Below the pieces are notes generated by a model that saw only the letters and a program-made list of their open reading frames with translations, was not told where the DNA came from and ran no database searches. DNA of 64,000 nucleotides from a virus: positions 5,334 through 69,333 of IMG/VR virus record IMGVR_UViG_3300023179_000098, one strand, 5' to 3'. The first letter of the stretch is position 1. Each line of letters begins with the position of its first letter. The position numbers and the translations under genes were made by a program. Below, in pieces: positions 58,601 to 64,000 of this stretch.

Positions 58601-58798
58601 CAATTAATAGTAACTAATAGAAATTTAATAACTAGTGAAAAACTTAAAACAAATATTGGGCCAGGAGTTATAGAAAATCAAAGTGAAATTATAGTTGCTA
58701 ACTCTAAGAGTGGACTAAATGCAAAACAACTTATTAATGTTAAAAGTGAAAAAGTAATACCATTTGAATCAACAACTATAGAAAATTGGGCGTATTAA
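55658..58798 (+). CDS. Adhesin-like protein: two Calx-beta/Ig-like repeats, LamG-like segment, lectin-like domain
   Basis: TY.I...S.T..EG...TWTI.TT.VA.GT.L.W...EG.E.II occurs twice; WQTLIVT...YYVDG; a domain shared with ORF 43140. Confidence 0.7.
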   Translation: MATYSISPNSSTINEGGSVTWTIITTGVANGTQLFWENIGTSTASDFTSGSNTGSIVINNNFAVLPLAVREDFTSEGGVETIILRLRETSLSGPIVALASAVNIADTSTEKTYTIVSSSTTVGEGNAITWTITTTNVATGTALYWINIGNTGATDFVESTKSGVIYVNSSGIATLTLNLIGDLALEGAENIIIQIKTDSVAGPTVAAAPAVIVIDSSIGTNGNFIQEPETIIVNDKLVLSSNKRKNNIFIIERINFISEKLRLSEPKTEGTFTIPIVSNGKLTNTIPNYRLQVNSSKIYDIDNLINPRFSPNVINISSKYIINSIKNYTIGDLKTFTDSNNGVSLLKIDTAVDGTLDIRDYYNNNRRWTVLLNSTTSVPWGSLKVEVDSVTGFRYLDLSGGTFEVAKINNKDTQIYQQPTAIQARTIPGGVSPAVEIKKNNTRFYLWKPRTQSLSAVLLNKSLFIATDSDEGTRGGSNVTYNKGVLTGSNVVHLDRVNNNNFFEISQGSPTVWTTASTTYTTTGAPSKLNGITHTETLVNSSTVGFLSEWQTLIVTSESEDNSIEGTCWTQNILAIPSTNTTPAQPARYLLNGVGTQFLRDLKVGDSIINKDFVGYGFQGRKLVTGAPDNGGATAPATQINTVKAIINNTLAEVTTQWTAPNSIGYIIPFAPYTIFKNLTKQSRGLTKYYVDGVLVATSTKTYQSWLIDKIGAMNSTAKTTTTAHAAPGFLAQAGILDKTLSDIEAYELHVRLKYLKDSTVDQSVYLIEPHYSQEKYEASSASSPAFTEIRQIVFIEGSAGDSALANWNRGDTFSFTNISGLGPVVAHGSGAGTYTLTLNYLPPHDKIRYKVYWHGVDSLDLEPSSIIINGQIYAQFNVKTEPPTEVTFTTNLFESYSVIPATYSYAPFYNNTNNNIYIAFDSGFISHTSSNFVVDHILGHNQAQTDEAQYISHVEVEILTLVPTGVSSLGFINPPDLLSRQLIVTNRNLITSEKLKTNIGPGVIENQSEIIVANSKSGLNAKQLINVKSEKVIPFESTTIENWAY

Positions 58799-58799
58799 T

Positions 58800-59225
58800 A
58801 TGTTTTTATTAAATTTTATTCCTGATTGGTTTTTTCCTGTATTATCTCTAGTTAGTTTTCTATTATTTTTTATAACTAAATTTTTACGAATAATACCCTA
58901 TAGCCAAATAGTTCACTATACTACAATTCCAGTATTTGCTCTCAGTTTATTTATGACTGGAGCAAATTGGAATAATAATCACTGGTTAGCTAAAGTTAAA
59001 GAAGTAGAGGCACAACTAGCAGTAGCTCAGGCAGAGTCGACAAAAGAAAACACTAAGATTGTAGAAAAAGTAGTTACTAAGCGAGAAATAGTTCGTATAC
59101 AAGGCAATGAAGTTGTAAAATATATAGATCGAGAAGTTGTAAAGTATGATGATACTTGCAAAATTCCTGATCCAGTTGTAGAAGCTCATAATCGTGCAGC
59201 TAAATCACCAGAGGACAAAAAATGA
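58800..59225 (+). CDS. Inner-membrane spanin (Rz-like)
   Basis: N-terminal TM helices, a coiled coil and a C-terminal KYIDREVVKYD..C.IP....AHN.AA; overlaps a lipoprotein gene. Confidence 0.78.
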   Translation: MFLLNFIPDWFFPVLSLVSFLLFFITKFLRIIPYSQIVHYTTIPVFALSLFMTGANWNNNHWLAKVKEVEAQLAVAQAESTKENTKIVEKVVTKREIVRIQGNEVVKYIDREVVKYDDTCKIPDPVVEAHNRAAKSPEDKK

Positions 59226-59482
59226 AAAAGCTAATAGTTTTAACATTACTGTTAGGTGGTTGTGCAACCGCAGTACCAGTTACTCAACGATTTCCAGAAG
59301 CTCCTAAACCACTACTAGAACACTGCAAACAATTAAAATCTGTTCCTAGTAACGTACAGCTTAGTGAGCTTACAAAAATTGTAGTAGATAATTATATGGA
59401 ATATCATATATGCAGTGGAAATAATAGTGCATGGATAGATTGGTATACTACACAACAGCGTATATTTAATAAGGAGAAGTAG
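59222..59482 (+). CDS. Outer-membrane spanin lipoprotein (Rz1-like)
   Basis: Signal peptide with lipobox LLLGGC; FP.AP..LL..C..L and NY..YH.C motifs. Confidence 0.85.
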   Translation: MKKLIVLTLLLGGCATAVPVTQRFPEAPKPLLEHCKQLKSVPSNVQLSELTKIVVDNYMEYHICSGNNSAWIDWYTTQQRIFNKEK

Positions 59483-60096
59483 TGGAACTTACTCAAGAAC
59501 ACTTACAGCAGATAATACCAAAAAATAAATATATTAGTTACTGGTATACAGCATTACAACAGTTACTACCACAATACGAAATTAATACACCAGATCGTAT
59601 AGCAGCATTTTTAGCTCAATGTGCACATGAATCAGGTGGGTTTGTTTTTATTAAAGAAAATCTTAATTACAAATGGGCTAGTTTACGAAAAGTTTTTCCT
59701 AAGTATTTTCCAACAGACGCGTTGGCGCAGCAATATGAAAAGCAACCTGAAAAAATTGCTAATCGTGTTTATGCTAATCGTATGGGTAATGGTCCTGAAG
59801 AAAGCGGAGATGGTTGGAAGTTTTGTGGACGTGGGCTTATACAGGTAACTGGTCGAGAAAATTATAGTTGGTTTGCAGCTAGTTTGCAAATCTCACCAGA
59901 AGAAGCATCAGAATATATGGAAACCTTTGAGGGTGCTGCACAGTCAGCATGCTGGTTTTGGGAATCAAACAATTTAAATCAATGGGCAGACAAGCGTGAC
60001 ATACTCACACTTACAAAACGCATTAATGGCGGAACAATAGGCTTAGAGGATAGGAAAAAGCATTACGAACATTGCTTGCATATACTAAGCCACTAA
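59482..60096 (+). CDS. Endolysin, glycoside hydrolase family 19
   Basis: GTG start; RIAAFLAQCAHESGGF..ENLNY, IANRVYANRMGN, GRGLIQVTG..NY and TKRINGG..GL.DR motifs. Confidence 0.95.
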   Translation: MELTQEHLQQIIPKNKYISYWYTALQQLLPQYEINTPDRIAAFLAQCAHESGGFVFIKENLNYKWASLRKVFPKYFPTDALAQQYEKQPEKIANRVYANRMGNGPEESGDGWKFCGRGLIQVTGRENYSWFAASLQISPEEASEYMETFEGAAQSACWFWESNNLNQWADKRDILTLTKRINGGTIGLEDRKKHYEHCLHILSH

Positions 60097-60117
60097 TATT
60101 TAGTTTAGGAGACTAAT

Positions 60118-61503
60118 ATGCAACGAGTAGTATTAGCCTTTACAATCTTAATTGGCTTAGTAACACCAAGCTTAGCTCAAAATGTTACACTAATAAACCA
60201 AGGTAATTATGATGGTGGTCGTACATTGGTTGATACAAATAGTACAAGTACTAGTATTAGTACAGTAAATACTAATAATATTAGTACTAGTAATACAAAT
60301 AGTACTAGTCTTAGCACAGTAAATAGTACTAGTACTAATACTAACACTAGTACAAATGTAAATACAAATAATAATATTCAGAGTGGCACATTAACTAATA
60401 TTAATAACAATAATCTTAGTGGAAATGTTACTTATACTAATAATAACAACAATGTTCAAAGTGGTAGTGTAACCTATAATAACAATAATGTTAATAGTGG
60501 TACAATGACTTACAATAACAATAATAATAGTACAAGTACAGTTAATAATATAAATAGTGGTACTCAAACATTTAATAATAATAATGTAATGAGTGGTACA
60601 CTTACAAATATCAATCAAAATACTACTACTAGTACTAATCGTAATGAAAATATAAATAGTGGTACTCAAACTTTTAATAATGTTATGAGCGGCAGCGTTA
60701 CCTATAATAATAACAATAATCTTAGCGGTAATGTTACTTACAATAACAATAATAATACTACTAGTAATAATACTAATACAAATATTAATACTGGTACTAT
60801 GACATATAACAATAATAACTCGTCAACTAGTACTAATAACAATATTAATACTGGTGATATGACTAATCGTAATATTAACACAAGTACTGTAGTACAAAAT
60901 ACTGATGCTACTAATAGAAATATAAATCAAAGTACTTCTGTAAACCAAAACGTACAAACTGGTGATATGACTAATCGTAATATCAATACTAGTGCTAGTG
61001 TAAGCGATAATAAAAATACTAATATTAACAGCAATATAAATCAAAGTTATAGTGATAGTAATCAAAATGTAAAAACTGATAATGTTAATACTAATATTAA
61101 TAAAAGCGAGATAACGCAACGTGTAATACAGCCACCACCTACAGCTATAGCACCTGCAATGATGAGTGGAGGCGGAGCAGACTTATGTACTACAGGCGTT
61201 AGCGGAGCAGCACAAACTCAAATATTTGGTATGAGTTTAGGAGGTACTCAACGAGACTTAAATTGTGAACGCTTAAAATTAAGCAAAACACTTTATGATA
61301 TGGGTATGAAAGTTGCTGCTGTAGGTACTATGTGTCAAGATCGTCGGGTATTTGACGCTATGATGATGGCTGGTACTCCTTGTCCCTATGAAGGCATGAT
61401 TGGCGAAAAAGCTAAAGAGATGTGGATGCAAAATCCTGGTAAAATGCCAAAACCAGTAGAACAAATAAGTTTAGCTACTGATACGGAGTTACAAAGACGA
61501 TGA
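60118..61503 (+). CDS. Exported Asn/Thr-rich repeat protein with Cys-rich C-terminal domain
   Basis: Signal peptide ending SLA|Q; SG.(V/M)TYNNNN and TGDMTNRNIN repeats; C-terminal PPTA.AP..D.C..G.SGA.QTQ..D.NCERLKL..MGMKVAAV..CQD.RV..AM..AGTPCP. Confidence 0.8.
   Translation: MQRVVLAFTILIGLVTPSLAQNVTLINQGNYDGGRTLVDTNSTSTSISTVNTNNISTSNTNSTSLSTVNSTSTNTNTSTNVNTNNNIQSGTLTNINNNNLSGNVTYTNNNNNVQSGSVTYNNNNVNSGTMTYNNNNNSTSTVNNINSGTQTFNNNNVMSGTLTNINQNTTTSTNRNENINSGTQTFNNVMSGSVTYNNNNNLSGNVTYNNNNNTTSNNTNTNINTGTMTYNNNNSSTSTNNNINTGDMTNRNINTSTVVQNTDATNRNINQSTSVNQNVQTGDMTNRNINTSASVSDNKNTNINSNINQSYSDSNQNVKTDNVNTNINKSEITQRVIQPPPTAIAPAMMSGGGADLCTTGVSGAAQTQIFGMSLGGTQRDLNCERLKLSKTLYDMGMKVAAVGTMCQDRRVFDAMMMAGTPCPYEGMIGEKAKEMWMQNPGKMPKPVEQISLATDTELQRR
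60240..61105 (+). repeat. Low-complexity Asn-rich imperfect repeats
   Basis: AAT/AAC runs; ACTGGTGATATGACTAATCGTAATAT occurs twice (about 60850 and 60958). Confidence 0.9.
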
Positions 61504-63338
61504 AAGCGTTATTACTAGTATTTTTATTTCCTGTAATAGCATTAGCTCAAGTAGATGTAACAGGCAATCTTGTAAATAATACACAAACTGCTACTACTAC
61601 AACTTCAACTTGGCAAAATGTAGTTTTTAGTAATACACTAGATTGTTGGGCACCTGGAGATCCTGGATATTGCGGACCACGGCCTATAGTGCGCCCAAGC
61701 GGTGATATAAATTTTAGTTATGGTACAACAGATATATATCAACGTGTAAATGTTGCCAAAGCACTAGCTAGTACTGGTTTAGTAACAACTGGTTTTGTCT
61801 TTACTTGGACCAGTAAAAATGGTAATGGTTGGGATAATGGTAATTTAGATGCGCTAGATGCTTATGTAAAATTATATAATACTGGTGACAGTAAAGTAAT
61901 AGAGCAGTTTAACTATAACTTAAATACTATACACGATTGGACAACCTATACCTGGAATCAAAATTGGACAAATACTAAAGTAGGTTATCGTGGTAGTGAT
62001 GTAGGAAATGTACAGTTTGGCTTTGTTGGTAGAGATAATAATTACTGGGCTGGAACGTATGGGCCTGAAATTAATAACGTAAGTTTTCAACTAAAATATA
62101 AGCCTGATCCTTGCAAAAACAATCCACTTTTTAGTCCAGAATGCCCTAAATTTCAAGAAGAATTAGCAAAAGCTACTGCTACACCAACTATTGAAAAATT
62201 AGATGGACCAAAACAAGACGACTCTTTTCTAGAACCTAAAGATAGTTCAAAAGATAGACACAATTATGAATTTGAACGTGATGATCTCTATGAAGAAGGT
62301 GTAGATTATGGTAATTTAGGTTTAGAAATAGGACTAACAAAAGTATTTACTACTCAGGTTAAACAAGAAGAAAAATCTGTAAAAATCGCTCAAGAAGCTG
62401 TTCAACAAGCTGAGCGAGCTAGTGAACAAACTACTAGACAAGCAGAACTTATAGCTCGTGATAGTCAGCAACGTAGTATTCGTGACAGTGAGCAATCGCA
62501 AATTGACAGTCAGGCACAACAAAATAGAAATCAAGAATCTGCACTAGCTTTATTTCAAGGACCTACTATTAGTAGTAATGATAAGGCTTTTAAGCCTCCT
62601 ACAGCATTACAGCAAAATTTAGATGTTTTTCATCAAAAAGACGTAGGCCAACCAGAACAACAAGCTAGGCAAACAGTAATTCAACAACAGCAAACACAAA
62701 GTATTTTAGCAACTATCTATAAAAATAATCAAGAACAACAATCTTTAAATTTAAATAGTACTAGTATGTTACAAAATAATAATGTAACTATATATAATAC
62801 TGCTACTATAAAAACAGAAGACATATTTGTACAGCCAATGCAAAATGTTGAACAACAGCAGGTAGCAGTTAGTCTACCTAGAGCTGTATTGCCAAATATA
62901 CAACCGTTAAGTGAGCAAACACTAGGGCAACAACCTGTTTTACAGCCAAGTTTACCAGAAACAAAATCTACGCAAACTGAACCGCAAGAAACTCCGCAAT
63001 TAGCCACTAATTTTTTAACTAATAAAACTGATCCAATAAATCAAGTTTTAGAAAATAAAACTGTTGCTATATCAGAAGTTCAGCAAGAAACAAAAATTGC
63101 CGCTGTAAAACAAAATGTTCAAGAAAATGATGCAGCAGTAGGAGTCTCTATTAACAATATTGCTAAAACTCCACTAGGGTTTAATAGTTATTTAGTTGCA
63201 TTAGCTGATGCACAATTTTATCCTTCTAAAGAAATTTATCGTAATCAACGAACAGTAGATAATCAAAGAGCACTTCGTCAATTAAGTAGTGATAGGCTTC
63301 ATCAAGAAATGATTGAGCTACAATATGGGAGTAGATGA
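61500..63338 (+). CDS. Exported protein with N-terminal beta domain and Gln-rich region
   Basis: Signal peptide ending ALA|Q; CW..GDPGYCGP; DNNYWAG.YGPE; DPC..NPL.SP.CP; Q-rich middle; ATGA coupling. Confidence 0.78.
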   Translation: MKALLLVFLFPVIALAQVDVTGNLVNNTQTATTTTSTWQNVVFSNTLDCWAPGDPGYCGPRPIVRPSGDINFSYGTTDIYQRVNVAKALASTGLVTTGFVFTWTSKNGNGWDNGNLDALDAYVKLYNTGDSKVIEQFNYNLNTIHDWTTYTWNQNWTNTKVGYRGSDVGNVQFGFVGRDNNYWAGTYGPEINNVSFQLKYKPDPCKNNPLFSPECPKFQEELAKATATPTIEKLDGPKQDDSFLEPKDSSKDRHNYEFERDDLYEEGVDYGNLGLEIGLTKVFTTQVKQEEKSVKIAQEAVQQAERASEQTTRQAELIARDSQQRSIRDSEQSQIDSQAQQNRNQESALALFQGPTISSNDKAFKPPTALQQNLDVFHQKDVGQPEQQARQTVIQQQQTQSILATIYKNNQEQQSLNLNSTSMLQNNNVTIYNTATIKTEDIFVQPMQNVEQQQVAVSLPRAVLPNIQPLSEQTLGQQPVLQPSLPETKSTQTEPQETPQLATNFLTNKTDPINQVLENKTVAISEVQQETKIAAVKQNVQENDAAVGVSINNIAKTPLGFNSYLVALADAQFYPSKEIYRNQRTVDNQRALRQLSSDRLHQEMIELQYGSR

Positions 63339-63991
63339 TGAGTGAAGAAAAAGTAAACTTAGACAAAAAAGTTGATGAATTAGAAGCAGCCGCTAAAAAG
63401 TATGCTAGTAAAGATACTGTTATTAGTGTTGGCGGTTATGATTTTACTCCGGCTAAACTTATGGTTGTAGCCACTATTTTAAGTAGCGTACTTGGAGCAC
63501 TATACGGAGCTTTTGAGGTCTATAAAGACTATATAGGCATGAAAAAGAAAATTGCTGAGTATGTAAGTCCTGATTTTAGCGAATTTGATAAAAGATTAGC
63601 CATTATAGAAGAAAACACTAATAAAACTCAACAAGCTGTACAAGAAGGATCGGACAAAACTGCTGAATATACTCGTGATATTAAAAATGACTTAAAGGGT
63701 GATATACGCAGACTAGAAAAAGTAGTAGAAGAATTAGAGCGGGCTAATAAAGCTCAAGCCCGAGAGGTAGATAAAGCAGTAGCAGAAGCAAAAACTGAAA
63801 TTCGTGCGGCTCAAAAACAAGTAGATGCAGCTAGTGCTCAATTAAATAAAGATGTTAGCGCAGCTATACGTACTACAGAACAACAACTCAGGGCACAAGA
63901 TCGTGAAGTAGACGGCAAACTTAAATCATTAGAAAAGAAACTTAATGATGATTTAAAGAAAGCACTTGATAATCCACTAGCCAATAAATAA
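63335..63991 (+). CDS. Single-TM coiled-coil protein
   Basis: LMVVATILSSVLGALYGAF TM segment, long heptad region, C-terminal ALDNPLA; ATGA coupling. Confidence 0.78.
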   Translation: MMSEEKVNLDKKVDELEAAAKKYASKDTVISVGGYDFTPAKLMVVATILSSVLGALYGAFEVYKDYIGMKKKIAEYVSPDFSEFDKRLAIIEENTNKTQQAVQEGSDKTAEYTRDIKNDLKGDIRRLEKVVEELERANKAQAREVDKAVAEAKTEIRAAQKQVDAASAQLNKDVSAAIRTTEQQLRAQDREVDGKLKSLEKKLNDDLKKALDNPLANK

Positions 63992-64000
63992 GGATATTTA

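Noticed and set aside
59482-60096. Chitinase as an auxiliary metabolic gene
   Set aside because: GH19 next to spanins is an established phage endolysin context.
991-63007. Short minus-strand ORFs throughout the window
   Set aside because: All lie antisense to long, motif-bearing + strand genes and show no recognisable protein features.

Overview
A 64-kb, AT-rich segment of a large tailed phage. Every credible gene is on the + strand and most are tightly packed or translationally coupled. All family assignments come from motifs and synteny read by eye; no searches were run. (1) 1-27 kb: siphovirus morphogenesis. The head, neck and tail tube look T5/Demerecviridae-like (protease C-terminus in frame with the major capsid, head completion, tail completion, terminator, tail tube, -1 frameshift chaperone pair, tape measure), whereas the tail tip looks lambda/T1-like (tandem gpM-like, gpL-like, NlpC/P60-gpI-gpJ fusion, second gpK-like protein). 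(2) 27-59 kb: a roughly 31-kb accessory fibre/adhesin island with three giant Gly-X-Gln collagen-like proteins, an intact subtilisin (S8) protease, a 2961-aa LamG/Gly-rich protein and a separately promoted four-gene block preceded by a chimeric recombination scar. (3) 58.8-60.1 kb: a Gram-negative lysis cassette (two spanins, GH19 endolysin). (4) 60.1-64 kb: a coupled three-gene module of exported Asn-rich, Gln-rich and membrane coiled-coil proteins of unknown function. The most unusual signals are pervasive domain-inside-domain architecture (including an apparently circularly permuted Gly-rich domain), the collagen plus protease system, and the exported N/Q-rich module. I found no tRNA, rRNA, CRISPR array, integrase, transposase or reverse transcriptase.
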